Positions 10,881 to 21,017 are shown, counted from the first letter of the stretch. The stretch is DNA of 32,000 nucleotides from Cereibacter sphaeroides 2.4.1 (GCF_000012905.2 NC_007494.2:330001-362000), one strand, 5' to 3'. A program made the numbers and translations. The notes: generated by a model not told the origin, from the letters alone.

Positions 10881-10949
10881 GATCCGGAGGTCGGGCCTCT
10901 CCGAAGCCGGGATCCGGAGCGACCGGCCCGTCGGGGTGGATCCCTCCGG
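10881..10949. repeat. direct repeats GATCCGGAG (x2) plus a degenerate third copy in the iolG-iolD spacer
   Basis: GATCCGGAG at 10881-10889 and 10911-10919 (30-bp phasing). GATCCCTCCGG at 10939-10949. Function unknown. Confidence 0.3.
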
Positions 10950-10982
10950 GACGAGGCGTGCAGGCATGGAGGAGAAGGCGAC

Positions 10983-12827
10983 ATGACAGGCACGGACCAG
11001 GACGACGCCGGGACGCTGCGGCTGACGGCGGCGCAGGCGATGGTGCGCTGGCTCTCGGTGCAGCGGACCGAGGAGGGCGGGCGCTTCATCGAGGGCGTCT
11101 GGGCGATCTTCGGCCACGGCAATGTGGCGGGCCTGGGCGAGGCGCTGCACGGGATCGGCGACGCGCTGCCCACCTGGCGCGGGCAGAACGAACAGACCAT
11201 GGCCCATGCCGCCGTGGCCTTCGCCAAGCAGAAGCGGCGGCGGCAGGCGATGGCCGTCACCTCCTCGATCGGGCCGGGCGCCACGAACATGGTCACGGCC
11301 GCGGCGCTGGCCCATGTCAACCGGCTGCCCGTGCTGTTCCTTCTGGGCGACGTCTTCGCCAACCGCCGCCCCGACCCGGTGCTCCAGCAGATCGAGGATT
11401 TCGACGACGGCACGGTGTCGGGCAACGACTGTTTCCGGCCGGTGGTGCGCTACTTCGACCGGATCCAGCGGCCCGAGCATCTGCTGACGGCGCTGCAGCG
11501 GGCGCTGCAGGTGATGACGGACCCGGCGAACTGCGGCCCGGTCTGCCTCGCCTTCTGTCAGGACGTGCAGGCCGAGGCCTTCAACTATCCCGCGCGCTTC
11601 TTCGCCCCGCGCGTCTGGCGCATCCGGCGGCCCGACCCCGATCCGGTCGAGGTCGAAGCGGTGGCGGTGCGGCTGCGCGGGGCGCGGCGGCCGGTGATCG
11701 TGGCCGGAGGCGGCGTGCTCTATTCCGGCGCCGAGGCGGAGCTTGCGGCCTTCTCGCAGCGCCATCGGATCCCGGTGGTCGAGACGCAGGCCGGCAAGGG
11801 CATCCTCGACTGGCAGGAGCCGCTCAACTTCGGCTCGCCCGGCGTGACGGGATCCGAGTGCGGCAACCGCCTCTGTGCCGAGGCCGACGTCATCCTCGGC
11901 GTGGGCACAAGGTTTCAGGATTTTACCACCGGCAGCCGGACGATCTTCGCCGAGGCCGACCTTCTGTCGGTCAACCTCCATCCCTACGATGCGCATAAGC
12001 ACGGGGCGCTGCCGCTCGTCGCGGATGCGAAGGCCGCGCTGGCGCGCCTGACGGAGGCGCTCGGGGACGCGCAGTGGCCCGAGCCCGACGCGGCCCTGCG
12101 GGCGGACTGGTTTGCGGCCACCGAGGCGGCGATGGCGCGGCCCTCCGACAATGCGCTGCCCACGGACGCGCAGGTCATCGGCGCGGTGCAGCGGGTCGCG
12201 ACCGCCCGGACGGTCGTCATGGGCGCCGCGGGCACGATGCCGGGCGCGCTGCAGCTGCTCTGGCGGGCCTCGCCCGGCGGCTATCACATGGAATACGGCT
12301 ACAGCTGCATGGGCTACGAGGTGGCCGGCGCCCTCGGGATCGCCCTGGCCGAGCCTGACCGCGAGGTCATCTGCTTTGCAGGCGACGGCAGCTACATGAT
12401 GGCCAACTCGGAACTGGCGACCGCGGTCATGCGGCGCGTGCCCTTCACGGTCGTTCTGACCGACAACCGCGGCTATGGCTGCATCAACCGCCTGCAGCAG
12501 GCGTGCGGCGGCGCTCCGTTCAACAACCTGTATCGGGATGCGCGCGTCGAAGCCCAGCCCGAGATCGATTTCGTGGGCCATGCCGCCGCGATGGGCGCCC
12601 GTGCGGTCAAGGCGGACGGCATTCCCGCGCTCGAGGCCGAGATCGTGGCCGCGCGCGGGCGCGACCGGCCGACCGTGATCGTCATCGAGACCGATCCGGA
12701 ACCGGAGACGGGTGTCGGCGGTCACTGGTGGGACGTGGCCGTGCCGCAGGCGGGCGAGGGCGCGCGGCTGGCAGAGGCTCAAGCCCGCTACGCTACCCAC
12801 GCCGCGCGGCAGCGCACCTTCGACTAG
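10983..12827 (+). CDS. iolD: 3D-(3,5/4)-trihydroxycyclohexane-1,2-dione acylhydrolase (ThDP-dependent)
   Basis: 614 aa. N-terminus LTAAQAMVRWLSVQRTEEGGRFIEGVWAIFGHGNVAGLGEAL and the ThDP motif GDGSYMMANSELATAV...LTDNRGYG are typical of IolD. GGAGGAG lies 8 nt upstream of the ATG. Confidence 0.9.
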   Translation: MTGTDQDDAGTLRLTAAQAMVRWLSVQRTEEGGRFIEGVWAIFGHGNVAGLGEALHGIGDALPTWRGQNEQTMAHAAVAFAKQKRRRQAMAVTSSIGPGATNMVTAAALAHVNRLPVLFLLGDVFANRRPDPVLQQIEDFDDGTVSGNDCFRPVVRYFDRIQRPEHLLTALQRALQVMTDPANCGPVCLAFCQDVQAEAFNYPARFFAPRVWRIRRPDPDPVEVEAVAVRLRGARRPVIVAGGGVLYSGAEAELAAFSQRHRIPVVETQAGKGILDWQEPLNFGSPGVTGSECGNRLCAEADVILGVGTRFQDFTTGSRTIFAEADLLSVNLHPYDAHKHGALPLVADAKAALARLTEALGDAQWPEPDAALRADWFAATEAAMARPSDNALPTDAQVIGAVQRVATARTVVMGAAGTMPGALQLLWRASPGGYHMEYGYSCMGYEVAGALGIALAEPDREVICFAGDGSYMMANSELATAVMRRVPFTVVLTDNRGYGCINRLQQACGGAPFNNLYRDARVEAQPEIDFVGHAAAMGARAVKADGIPALEAEIVAARGRDRPTVIVIETDPEPETGVGGHWWDVAVPQAGEGARLAEAQARYATHAARQRTFD

Positions 12828-12836
12828 GAGAGCCCG

Positions 12837-13745
12837 ATGATCCTCTATGGCACCAACCCCATCGCCTGGTCGAACGACGACGACCGGAGCATCGGCGCGC
12901 ATCTGAGCCTCGACGACTGCCTGTCCGACTGCCGCAGGATCGGCTTCGACGGGATCGAGAAGGGCCACAAGATGCCCGCGGATGGCGCTGCGCTGAAGGC
13001 GAGGCTGGGGGACTACGGGCTGCGCTTCGTGGGAGGCTGGCATTCGACGAACCTTCTGGTGAACGATCTCGCCGCCGAGACGGCGGCGATGCAGGGCTTC
13101 ATCGACATGCTGAAGGCTGCGGGCAGCGACCGGCTGATCGCCTGCGAATGTTCGAACACGGTCCATGGCATGGACGACGTGGCGGTCAACGACCGGCCGC
13201 GGATCGCCGATACCGACTGGGGCCGCTTCACCTCGGGGCTCGACGCGCTGGCGGGGATCGCCGCGGCTCAGGGGGTGACGCTGGTCTATCACCCCCATGC
13301 GGGAACCATCGTCGAGACCGAGGAGGAGATCGACCGGCTGATGGCCTCGACCCATGCTATGCAGCTCCTGCTCGACACGGGGCACTGCACCTTCGGCGGC
13401 GGCGATCCGGCGCGGGTGGCGGCCCGGCACATGGGGCGGGTGCGCCACATTCACGCCAAGAACGTCCGGCCCGAGGTGCTGGCGCAGGTGCGGGCCGAGG
13501 GGCTCTCGTTTCTCGAGGGCGTGCGGCGCGGCCTCTTCACCGTTCCGGGCGACCCCGAGGGCTGCGTCGATTTCGCCCCCGTTCTGCGCGCGGCGGCCGA
13601 GGCGGGCTATCGGGGCTGGCTGGTGATCGAGGCCGAGCAGGATCCGCGGAAGGCCGACCCCTTCACCTACCAGAAGATGGGGTTCGAGGCGCTCCGGACG
13701 ATGGCGCGCGCGGCGGGGCTCGACAGGGGCCGCGGGGATGGATGA
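12837..13745 (+). CDS. iolE: myo-inosose-2 dehydratase (xylose-isomerase-like TIM barrel)
   Basis: [20 protein letters not shown]... N-terminus and overall length are typical of IolE. AGGAGAG precedes the ATG. Confidence 0.88.
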   Translation: MILYGTNPIAWSNDDDRSIGAHLSLDDCLSDCRRIGFDGIEKGHKMPADGAALKARLGDYGLRFVGGWHSTNLLVNDLAAETAAMQGFIDMLKAAGSDRLIACECSNTVHGMDDVAVNDRPRIADTDWGRFTSGLDALAGIAAAQGVTLVYHPHAGTIVETEEEIDRLMASTHAMQLLLDTGHCTFGGGDPARVAARHMGRVRHIHAKNVRPEVLAQVRAEGLSFLEGVRRGLFTVPGDPEGCVDFAPVLRAAAEAGYRGWLVIEAEQDPRKADPFTYQKMGFEALRTMARAAGLDRGRGDG

Positions 13746-13780
13746 ACGGGGTCCCTCTACCGCGTCACTTCGAGGGCGAG

Positions 13781-13819
13781 GATCCGTTGCGGCTGCGGCC
13801 CGGCGCCTGATCCCGGAGG
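13781..13819. repeat. GATCCG / GATCCCGGAGG motif pair in the iolE-iolB spacer
   Basis: GATCCG at 13781-13786 and GATCCCGGAGG at 13809-13819 (28-bp phasing). Related to the repeats at 10881-10949. Confidence 0.25.
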
Positions 13820-13853
13820 CGGCGGGCCGTGACCCTGAGGAGAGGAGAGACCC

Positions 13854-14660
13854 ATGACGATATTGCTGCACCGGCCCTTCGGCAGCCACGGCAAGGTGCA
13901 TGAGATCACCCCGGCCTCGGCGGGCTGGCGCTATGTGGGCTTCTCTCTCTACCGGCTCCGGCCGGGCGAGGTCGCGGCCGAGACCACGGGGGATCGCGAG
14001 GTCATACTGGTCCTGGTCGAGGGCCGGGCCTCCGTCTCCGGCGGCGGACAGGACTGGGGCGTGCTGGGCGAGCGCTTGTCCGTCTTCGAGAAGACGCCGC
14101 CGCATTCGCTGTATCTCCCCGACGGCAGCGCGTGGCAGGCGGTGGCCGAGACAGCCTGCACGATCGCCGTCTGCTCCGCGCCCGGACGCGGCGGCCATGC
14201 GGCCCGGCGGATCGGGCCCGAGGGCATCGTGCTCACCGAGCGCGGCAAGGGCACGAACCGCCGCCAGATCCACAATATCGCCATGGAGGCGGAGGACGTC
14301 TGCGACTCGCTCCTCGTGACCGAGGTCTTCACCCCGGCGGGTCACTGGTCCTCCTATCCGAGCCACCGCCACGACGAGGACGATTATCCCCGCATCACCT
14401 ATCTCGAGGAGACCTATTATCACCGCCTGAACCCCGCCAACGGGTTCGGCATCCAGCGGGTCTATACCGACGATCTGCGCCTCGACGAGACGATGGCGGT
14501 GCAGGACGGAGACGTGGTCTGCGTGCCGCGCGGGCACCATCCCTGCGGCGCACCCTACGGGTTCGAGATGTATTACCTGAATGTCATGGCCGGCCCGTTG
14601 CGCAAATGGCGCTTCGTGGCCGCCCCGGAGGTGGAATGGATCCTGAAGCGGGACGCCTGA
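13854..14660 (+). CDS. iolB: 5-deoxy-glucuronate isomerase
   Basis: 268 aa cupin-type protein. SSYPSHRHDEDDYPRITYLEETYYHRLNPANGFGIQRVYTDD is the characteristic IolB block. A strong GAGGAGAGGAGAG lies upstream. Confidence 0.88.
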   Translation: MTILLHRPFGSHGKVHEITPASAGWRYVGFSLYRLRPGEVAAETTGDREVILVLVEGRASVSGGGQDWGVLGERLSVFEKTPPHSLYLPDGSAWQAVAETACTIAVCSAPGRGGHAARRIGPEGIVLTERGKGTNRRQIHNIAMEAEDVCDSLLVTEVFTPAGHWSSYPSHRHDEDDYPRITYLEETYYHRLNPANGFGIQRVYTDDLRLDETMAVQDGDVVCVPRGHHPCGAPYGFEMYYLNVMAGPLRKWRFVAAPEVEWILKRDA

Positions 14661-14933
14661 AGCGGGTCCCGGCCCGCGCCACCGCAGATGCAGGAAGCGC
14701 TCCCTTGCGCCAATGCTCTCCGCCAACGGTATCTTGTTTCAAGGCGGAAAGGCACGGGCGGCTCGACGTGGATTGGCTGCGCCGACTCGATCATCTCAGG
14801 AAGCATCGAGACGTCGTTCGCGCGGCACCGGAGCGGAACCGCGATCCGCTTCAGGAAGCGTTGGCGTGGCCGCCAGCTTCGGCGCTGGCCTCGCGGCTCG
14901 AAGCACGCTGCGAACCTTTATTGGCAAGGGCGA

Positions 14934-15983
14934 TCAGAGCCGCCGGCCGGTTTCTGCATCGAAGAGATGCAGGGCCGCCGCATCGGGGGCGACCTTCAGT
15001 CGGTCGCGCTCGCGCACCGGCGCCTTGCCCGGGGTCCGCAGCACGAGCTCGGTGCCGTCCGCCAGCCGTCCATGAGCGAAGGCGTCCGCGCCCAGCCATT
15101 CGACCGCCTGCACATGGAGCTCGAAGCCCGGCTCCTCGGGGCCCGCGGCATGGAGATGCTCGGGCCGGACGCCGAGGATCAGATCGCGTCCCGCTGGCGC
15201 GGGCACGGCGAGACGCTGCCCCGCCACCTCCAGCGCGTCGCCAAGGCCTCGGGCGGGCAGCATGTTCATCGCGGGCGAACCGATGAACCCCGCCACGAAG
15301 GTGGTGGCGGGCCGGTCGTAGATCTCGGCCGGCGTGGCGATCTGCTCGGCCACGCCCGCATTCATCACCACCAGCCGGTCGGCGAGCGTCATCGCCTCGA
15401 CCTGATCGTGGGTGACATAGATCGAGGTGGTGCGAACAGTGCGCTGCAACTCCTTGATCTGCAAACGCATCTGCACCCGCAGCTTCGCATCTAGGTTCGA
15501 GAGCGGCTCATCCAGCAGGAAGGCCGCGGGGTTGCGCACCAGCGCCCGGCCCATCGCCACCCGCTGCCGCTGCCCGCCCGACAGCTGGCGCGGCTTGCGG
15601 TCGAGAAGCTGGCCCAGTTCCAGCATGGTGGCCGAGCGCGCGACCCGTTCCTCGATCTCCGCCTTCGAGAGCTTCGCGATCCTCAGGCCGTAGGCCATGT
15701 TCTCGCGCACCGTCATGTGGGGGTAGAGCGCGTAGTTCTGGAACACCATCGCGATGTCGCGCTCGCGCGGTTCCAGCCGGTTGACCACGCGGCCGCCGAT
15801 GGCGATCTCGCCCGCGGTGATCTCCTCGAGCCCCGCAACCATGCGCAGAAGCGTGCTCTTGCCGCAGCCCGAAGGGCCCACGATCACCACGAATTCGCCG
15901 TCCGCAATCTCGAAATCGACCCCGTGGATCACCTCGATCCCCGCATAGCTCTTGCGCACGTCCCTGAGCGAAATTTCCGCCAC
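14934..15983 (-). CDS. ugpC: sn-glycerol-3-phosphate ABC transporter ATP-binding protein
   Basis: [24 protein letters not shown] and [11 protein letters not shown], plus a MalK/UgpC-type C-terminal regulatory domain. GTG start directly after the ugpE stop. Confidence 0.85.
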   Translation of the reverse strand: MAEISLRDVRKSYAGIEVIHGVDFEIADGEFVVIVGPSGCGKSTLLRMVAGLEEITAGEIAIGGRVVNRLEPRERDIAMVFQNYALYPHMTVRENMAYGLRIAKLSKAEIEERVARSATMLELGQLLDRKPRQLSGGQRQRVAMGRALVRNPAAFLLDEPLSNLDAKLRVQMRLQIKELQRTVRTTSIYVTHDQVEAMTLADRLVVMNAGVAEQIATPAEIYDRPATTFVAGFIGSPAMNMLPARGLGDALEVAGQRLAVPAPAGRDLILGVRPEHLHAAGPEEPGFELHVQAVEWLGADAFAHGRLADGTELVLRTPGKAPVRERDRLKVAPDAAALHLFDAETGRRL

Positions 15984-16847
15984 TTACTTCTCCGTCTCCA
16001 CAAGTCCCTTCACGAACCACCGCTGCATCAGCACGACCACGAGGATCGGCGGCAGGATGGCCAGCACGCAGGTGACCATCACGAGGTCCCACGGCGTGTC
16101 GGCATCGGCGAAGGAGATCATCTTTCTCAGGGCGATCACGATGGTGTTCATCGAGTTCGAGTTGGTCACGAGGAGCGGCCAGAGATACTGCGTCCATCCG
16201 TAGATGAAGAGGATCACGAACAGCGCCGCGATGTTGGTGGCCGAGAGCGGCAGCAGGATGTCCTTGAAGAAGCGCCAGGGGCCTGCGCCATCGACGCGAG
16301 CGGCTTCCATCAGCTCGTTCGGGATCGTCATGAAGAACTGCCGGAAGAGCAGCGTCCCCGTGGCCGAGGCCACCAGCGGCAGGATCAGACCCGCGTAGGT
16401 GTCGATCAGGCGCAGGTCCACCATCACCTTGTAGGTGGGCAGGATCCGCACCTCGACCGGCAGCATCAGGGTGATGAAGATCATCCAGAAGCAGACCATG
16501 CGCAGCGGGAAGCGGAAGAAGACGATGGCGTAGGCCGAGGCCATCGAGATCAGGATCTTTCCGATGGCGATGCCGAAAGCCACGACGGCCGTGTTGAGAA
16601 GAAGCCGGTCCACCCCCACGCGGCCGATCTGTCCGATCCCGCCGCCGAGCGCGCGGGCGTAGTTCGAGGGCCCCTCGGCGCCGGGCAGCAGCGGCAGCGG
16701 CGGGCGCAGGATCTGCTGGAGCGGGTGGGTCGAGGCCACGAAGACATACCAGATCGGGAAGGCCACCACGATGACCCCGATCACCAGCAGGAAATGCGCC
16801 ATGATCCGGCTCTGGCGCGAGGTGCCGATCATCTCGTGCTCAGCCAT
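15984..16847 (-). CDS. ugpE: sn-glycerol-3-phosphate ABC transporter permease
   Basis: 287-aa CUT1-type permease with EAA-loop region ([23 protein letters not shown]). 8-nt overlap with ugpA. Confidence 0.85.
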   Translation of the reverse strand: MAEHEMIGTSRQSRIMAHFLLVIGVIVVAFPIWYVFVASTHPLQQILRPPLPLLPGAEGPSNYARALGGGIGQIGRVGVDRLLLNTAVVAFGIAIGKILISMASAYAIVFFRFPLRMVCFWMIFITLMLPVEVRILPTYKVMVDLRLIDTYAGLILPLVASATGTLLFRQFFMTIPNELMEAARVDGAGPWRFFKDILLPLSATNIAALFVILFIYGWTQYLWPLLVTNSNSMNTIVIALRKMISFADADTPWDLVMVTCVLAILPPILVVVLMQRWFVKGLVETEK

Positions 16848-17721
16848 AATGGACTTTCCGTTCGATATATTTGAACTGGAAGGCGGTGAGGGCGATCACG
16901 ATCACCATGAGGATCACCGACTGCGCCGCGGAATCGCCGAAGCGCAGGTTCACGAAGCCGTCGTTATAGACCTTGTAGACCAGCGTCTCGGTGGATTTGC
17001 CGGGGCCGCCGCCGGTCACCGCATGGATGATGCCGAACGTGTCGAAGAGCGCATAGACCGAGTTCACCACCAGCAGGAAGAAGGTCGTAGGCGCGAGAAG
17101 CGGGAAGGTGATGGTCCAGAACCGCCGCCGGGCCGTGGCGCCGTCGATGGCCGCAGCTTCCAGCAGTGATCGAGGAATGGCCTGCAAGCCTGCGACAAAG
17201 AACAGGAAATTGTAGCTGATCTGCTTCCAGCTTGCAGCCGCCACCACCAGCGCCATGGCCTGTTCGCCGTCGAGCAGCGGATCCCAGCGGATGCCGAGCT
17301 GGCGGAGCGGCCAGGCGAGCGTGCCGAACGAGGGGTTGAACATGAAGAGCCAGAGCATGCCTGCGATGGCGGGGGCCACCGCATAGGGCCAGATCATCAG
17401 CGTGCGGTAGAAGCCGCGGCCGCGCACGACCTTCTCGGCCTGCACGGCGAGAAAGAGCGCGATCGCCATCGAGAAGAAGGCGGTGAGCAGCGAGAAGACC
17501 GCCGTCACCTGGATCGAGTTGAGCCAGGCGGGATCGGACAGGACGCGGCGGAAATTGGCGAAACCCACGAAGGTGGATTTCAGCCCGAAGGCATCCTCGC
17601 GCAGCGTCGACTGCCAGAGAGCCTGACCCGCGGGCCAGTAGAAGAAGACAGCCGAAATCAGGAGCTGCGGGGCGACCAGCAGCCACGGAAGCAGGCGGTG
17701 GGGGAAATGCGCGCGATGCAT
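16840..17721 (-). CDS. ugpA: sn-glycerol-3-phosphate ABC transporter permease
   Basis: 293-aa CUT1-type permease ([24 protein letters not shown]). Confidence 0.85.
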   Translation of the reverse strand: MHRAHFPHRLLPWLLVAPQLLISAVFFYWPAGQALWQSTLREDAFGLKSTFVGFANFRRVLSDPAWLNSIQVTAVFSLLTAFFSMAIALFLAVQAEKVVRGRGFYRTLMIWPYAVAPAIAGMLWLFMFNPSFGTLAWPLRQLGIRWDPLLDGEQAMALVVAAASWKQISYNFLFFVAGLQAIPRSLLEAAAIDGATARRRFWTITFPLLAPTTFFLLVVNSVYALFDTFGIIHAVTGGGPGKSTETLVYKVYNDGFVNLRFGDSAAQSVILMVIVIALTAFQFKYIERKVHYG

Positions 17722-17767
17722 GGGCGAAGGGGCCGCCCGGGCCGAAACCCGGGCGGCCTCATGTCCG

Positions 17768-19063
17768 TCAGCCGCCGATGGCCTGGCGGATCGCCTCGTT
17801 GCCGCGCGAGACGGCGGCGTCGAGCGCCTCCTGCGCGGTCTGCTCTCCGGCGAGCATCTTCTCGAACTCCTCGTTCTCGATGTCGCGCACCTGCGGCAGG
17901 TTCACGAGGCGCACGCCCTTGGAGTTGGCGGTCGGCTCCTTGCCCATCATCTGGGTGATCGGCACCTCGCGGCCCGGGTTCTTCTCGTAGAAGCCCGAGG
18001 CCTTGGTCGCCTCGTAGGCCTCCATCGTCACCGGCAGATAGCCCGACGTCTGGTGCAGATATTCCTGCACGTCGGTCTGCGAGAGATAGGTGAAGAAGGC
18101 GGCGACGCCCTCATAGGTCTCGTCCGACTTGCCGCCCATCACCCAGAGGCTTGCGCCGCCCGGCACCGTGTTCTGCGGCCCGTTGCCCGCCTCGTCATAG
18201 GGCAGCTGGCCGATGCCGTAGTTCATGCCCGATTTCACGATGTCGCCGAGCCCGCCCGAGCTTTCGGTGAAGATCCCGCATTCGCCCGCAAGGAAGATCT
18301 GTTTGGCCTCGGACGTGCGGCCGCCGTATTTGAACGTGCCGTCCTTGGCGAGATCGGCCAGCGCCTGGAAGTGGTTGACGAAGATCGGCTCGTTGATCTT
18401 CAGCTCGGCATTCACATCGGCGAGCCCGTTCTCGTTCGTGGCGAAGGGCACGTCGTTCCAGGCCGCGAAATTCTCGGTATGGATCCAGGTGAGCCAGGTC
18501 GAGGTGTAGCCGCAGGGGGCGGCGCCGCTCTCCTTGATCTTCTTCGCCATGTCCCAGACCTCGGTCCAGGTCTTGGGCGGGGTGTCTGCATCGAGGCCCG
18601 CCTTCTCGAAGATGTCCTTGTTGTAATAGAGGATCGGCGAGGACGAGTTGTAGGGGAAGGACAGCATCGTGCCGTCGGGCTTGGAATAATAGGCCACGAT
18701 CCCCGGCAGGTAGGCCGATTTGTCGAAGCTGTCGCCCAGCACCTCGGCCACCGGCTTGATCGCGCCCTCGGCCGCCATCATGACGCCGGTGCCCACGTCG
18801 AAGACCTGGATGATGTCGGGGGCCTGACCGGCGCGGAAGGCTGCGATGCCGGCGTTCAGCGTCTCGGGGTAGGTGCCCTTGAAGACCGCTGTCACCTTGT
18901 AGTCCGACTGGCTCGCGTTGAAATCCGCGGCGATCTTCTCGACCACTTCCGCATTGGCGCCCGTCATGGCGTGCCACCAGCTGATCTCGGTCTGGGCCGC
19001 GGCGGCACCCGCCTGCACGATCAACGCAAGCGCCGTGGCGGTGAGGAATGTGCGACGTTTCAT
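17768..19063 (-). CDS. ugpB: sn-glycerol-3-phosphate-binding periplasmic protein
   Basis: Signal peptide, then blocks collinear with E. coli UgpB as I recall it: [105 protein letters not shown]. Confidence 0.9.
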   Translation of the reverse strand: MKRRTFLTATALALIVQAGAAAAQTEISWWHAMTGANAEVVEKIAADFNASQSDYKVTAVFKGTYPETLNAGIAAFRAGQAPDIIQVFDVGTGVMMAAEGAIKPVAEVLGDSFDKSAYLPGIVAYYSKPDGTMLSFPYNSSSPILYYNKDIFEKAGLDADTPPKTWTEVWDMAKKIKESGAAPCGYTSTWLTWIHTENFAAWNDVPFATNENGLADVNAELKINEPIFVNHFQALADLAKDGTFKYGGRTSEAKQIFLAGECGIFTESSGGLGDIVKSGMNYGIGQLPYDEAGNGPQNTVPGGASLWVMGGKSDETYEGVAAFFTYLSQTDVQEYLHQTSGYLPVTMEAYEATKASGFYEKNPGREVPITQMMGKEPTANSKGVRLVNLPQVRDIENEEFEKMLAGEQTAQEALDAAVSRGNEAIRQAIGG

Positions 19064-19115
19064 GGGCTTCTCTCCCTTCTGGATGGCCGGATGCCGTGCG
19101 GCATAGCGGGCCCCT

Positions 19116-19133
19116 ATGACGGTGGTGCGACAT
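19116..19133 (-). promoter_or_regulatory. candidate Pho box upstream of ugpB
   Basis: The minus strand reads ATGTCGC-ACCA-CCGTCAT. These are two direct heptamers with 11-bp phasing against the enterobacterial consensus CTGTCAT-N4-CTGTCAT (5/7 and 6/7 matches). Located 53-70 nt upstream of the ugpB ATG. A weak -10-like TATGCC (complement of 19100-19105) lies 10 nt downstream. Confidence 0.35.
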
Positions 19134-19193
19134 TCTGCTGACCGGAGCGGGCCTCCTCTCCCGCGCCGGTCGCCGCGCGACCGTCCTCGATGC

Positions 19194-19222
19194 AGCGAAG
19201 CGTCCGACGTTTCGCTTATTTT
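19194..19222 (+). terminator. terminator-like hairpin with T-tract, oriented on the + strand
   Basis: GCGAAGCGT-CCG-ACGTTTCGC (19195-19215) forms a 9-bp stem with one G:T pair. TTATTTT follows at 19216-19222. Both flanking genes are on the - strand, so the orientation is unexpected. Confidence 0.3.
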
Positions 19223-19262
19223 CGCAAGTCGATAACCTTCGCTTGGGCTCCTTTCCCTTGCG

Positions 19263-20957
19263 TTAGCGTTCGGGACCGACGGGCTCGGCCAGATTGCGGC
19301 CGGAACTCAGGCTGCGCATCCGGCTTTCGCGGAGCACGCCGATCTCGGTCAGGATCGGGTGAGCGACCGAGGTGAGATGGGCGTTCAGCCGCTTGAGGTC
19401 GCGCAGCAGATCGAGATGGATGGTGCTCGTCTCCATCGCTTCGGGCCGCCCGGCCCGCAACCGGCCGAGGTGGCGTTCGGAGGACAGCGCCTCGAGCCGC
19501 CGGATCTCGATCTTCGACTCGACGAGCTGCCGGGCGAGATCGGCATCCCGCCCGAGGAACACCGCCTGCGCCAGCCGCAGGTTCGCCACCGTGCGCTCAT
19601 GCACCTCGGCCAGTTCCGCGCCGCCCTCCGGCGAAAAGGCGAGGCGCTTGCGGATCTTCTTCAGCGCCGCATCGGCGAGCCCGGTCTCGATGATGTCGCC
19701 CATATGTTCGAGATTGATGGCAAAGGAGGTGATCTCGTTCGCACGCCGCACATCGTCCTCGTCCAGCTCGGCGCGCGAGAGGCGGGTGATATAGAGCTTG
19801 ATCGCCTCGGTCAGCCGGTCGATGTCGGGCTCGAGCCGCGAGACCTCCTGCGCCGCGAATTCGTCATTGGCCAGCAGCGCCTGCCGGCTGCGCTCGAGCA
19901 TCTCGCCCACGAGGTCGCCCACCCGCAGAGTCTCGCGCGCGGCGACGGCGAGCGCCATGGCGGGCGTGTCGAGCAGGCTCTCGTCGAGGAAGGCCGCGCC
20001 GCGCCGGCCCTCCGGCGGATCGGGCAGGAACCGCTCGACGAGGCGGCAGAGCGGACCCACGAGGGGCAGGAACAGGAGGAGGAGCACCGCGCTGAAGGCC
20101 AGATGCGCCGCGATGACCCGCTGGCCGTGATCGGAGACGGCCTCGTCGAGAAGGTCCGCCAGAGGCGCGGCGAAGAGCAGCACGAGGGCTGCCCCCGCGA
20201 TCCGCACCGCGAGGTTGCCGAGCGTGATCCGCCGCGCCGCCGGCCCCTCGGCCGCCACGGCGAGCCAGGGCGTGACCGCGCCGCCGACGTTCGCGCCCGC
20301 CACGAGGGCTAGAGCCGGCACCGTCTCGATGAGACCGCCGCCCGCCAGCACCATGACGAGGAGCACGACGGCAAGCGAGGAGGCACTGAGGACGGCGAGG
20401 CCCGCGGCAAGGAGAGCCGCCACCAGCGGCGCCTCGCCGAGGCCTGCGATCACCAGCGCGAGCGTGCGGGAATGCTGGAGCGGCGCCGTCACCTCGCCCA
20501 TCAGCCGCAGGGCGAGCAGCATCAGCCCGAGGCCGAGGAGCGCCCGCCCGATGCCGCGGCCGCGGGTGGCACGCGCCATCGAGAAACCCACGACGCCTGC
20601 AAGGATGCAGAGGCTCGCCACCCAATGGACATCGACCGACAGGAGCGCCGCCACCGTCGCGGTGCCGAGGTTCGCCCCCAGCATCACCGCCTGCGCCATC
20701 GGCGCCGTCATGATGCCACGGGCCGCGAACGAGCCGGTGATGACCGCCGTGGCCGTGCTCGACTGCAGGCCGAGCGTCGCAAGCAGGCCCCAGAGCGCCG
20801 CCACGACCCGGTTGCTGGTGGCGCGTGAGATCCATTGCCGCAACGTGGCCCCGAAGGCGCGCATGACGCCGGTGCGGATCAGCCGCAGGCCCCAGAGCAG
20901 CAGCGCGGCCGCGGCAAGAAGATCGATGAACTGAACGGTCGGCGGCAATGGGCTCAC
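19263..20957 (-). CDS. Na/Pi-cotransporter family protein with C-terminal PhoU-like domain (YjbB-like)
   Basis: 564 aa. The N-terminal half has about 8-9 TM segments with duplicated Na/Pi-cotransporter-type repeats (LLLWGLRLIRTGVMRAFG...). The C-terminal soluble half is helical and PhoU-like. GTG start. Confidence 0.8.
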   Translation of the reverse strand: MSPLPPTVQFIDLLAAAALLLWGLRLIRTGVMRAFGATLRQWISRATSNRVVAALWGLLATLGLQSSTATAVITGSFAARGIMTAPMAQAVMLGANLGTATVAALLSVDVHWVASLCILAGVVGFSMARATRGRGIGRALLGLGLMLLALRLMGEVTAPLQHSRTLALVIAGLGEAPLVAALLAAGLAVLSASSLAVVLLVMVLAGGGLIETVPALALVAGANVGGAVTPWLAVAAEGPAARRITLGNLAVRIAGAALVLLFAAPLADLLDEAVSDHGQRVIAAHLAFSAVLLLLFLPLVGPLCRLVERFLPDPPEGRRGAAFLDESLLDTPAMALAVAARETLRVGDLVGEMLERSRQALLANDEFAAQEVSRLEPDIDRLTEAIKLYITRLSRAELDEDDVRRANEITSFAINLEHMGDIIETGLADAALKKIRKRLAFSPEGGAELAEVHERTVANLRLAQAVFLGRDADLARQLVESKIEIRRLEALSSERHLGRLRAGRPEAMETSTIHLDLLRDLKRLNAHLTSVAHPILTEIGVLRESRMRSLSSGRNLAEPVGPER

Positions 20958-21017
20958 CCGGACACTGACAACCTCAACACGCGGGCGCCCGCACAGGTTC
21001 CCGGGAAACTTTCATCC

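Noticed and set aside
9783-10992. Identical 13-mer GACATGACAGGCA at 9783-9795 (just upstream of iolG) and 10980-10992 (spanning the iolD start). Both copies are preceded by GGAGG-like SD sequences.
   Set aside because: A 13-nt match is expected by chance several times in 32 kb of biased sequence. The ATG in the first copy (9786) is out of frame with iolG and opens only a shadow ORF. I treat it as coincidence, although a decoy start or uORF cannot be excluded.
10812-14726. 1304-aa minus-strand ORF spanning the whole iol cluster.
   Set aside because: It is antisense to four genes with strong family signatures (iolD, iolE, iolB, part of iolG). Its translation is Arg/Gly/Pro/His-rich with no recognisable motif.
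14661-14933. 273-bp gap between convergent iolB and ugpC with only weak hairpins (AGCGGA-N7-TCCGCT, GCCAGC-N6-GCTGGC). I considered an sRNA, a gene remnant or a terminator pair.
   Set aside because: No convincing stem with U-tract, no ORF with a plausible translation on either strand, and no recognisable RNA motif. Nothing can be supported from sequence alone.
19091-19104. Palindrome ATGCCG-TG-CGGCAT in the ugpB leader.
   Set aside because: A 2-nt loop makes a stable hairpin unlikely. It overlaps the proposed -10/TSS region and has no independent support.
20958-21017. Perfect 12-nt palindrome GCGGGCGCCCGC (20981-20992) and TTCCCGGGAA (20998-21007) in the 60-bp gap between the GMC gene and the Na/Pi gene. 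Possible terminator or operator.
   Set aside because: The stems have no loop and there is no U-tract. Short GC palindromes are frequent in this composition. It cannot be distinguished from background.
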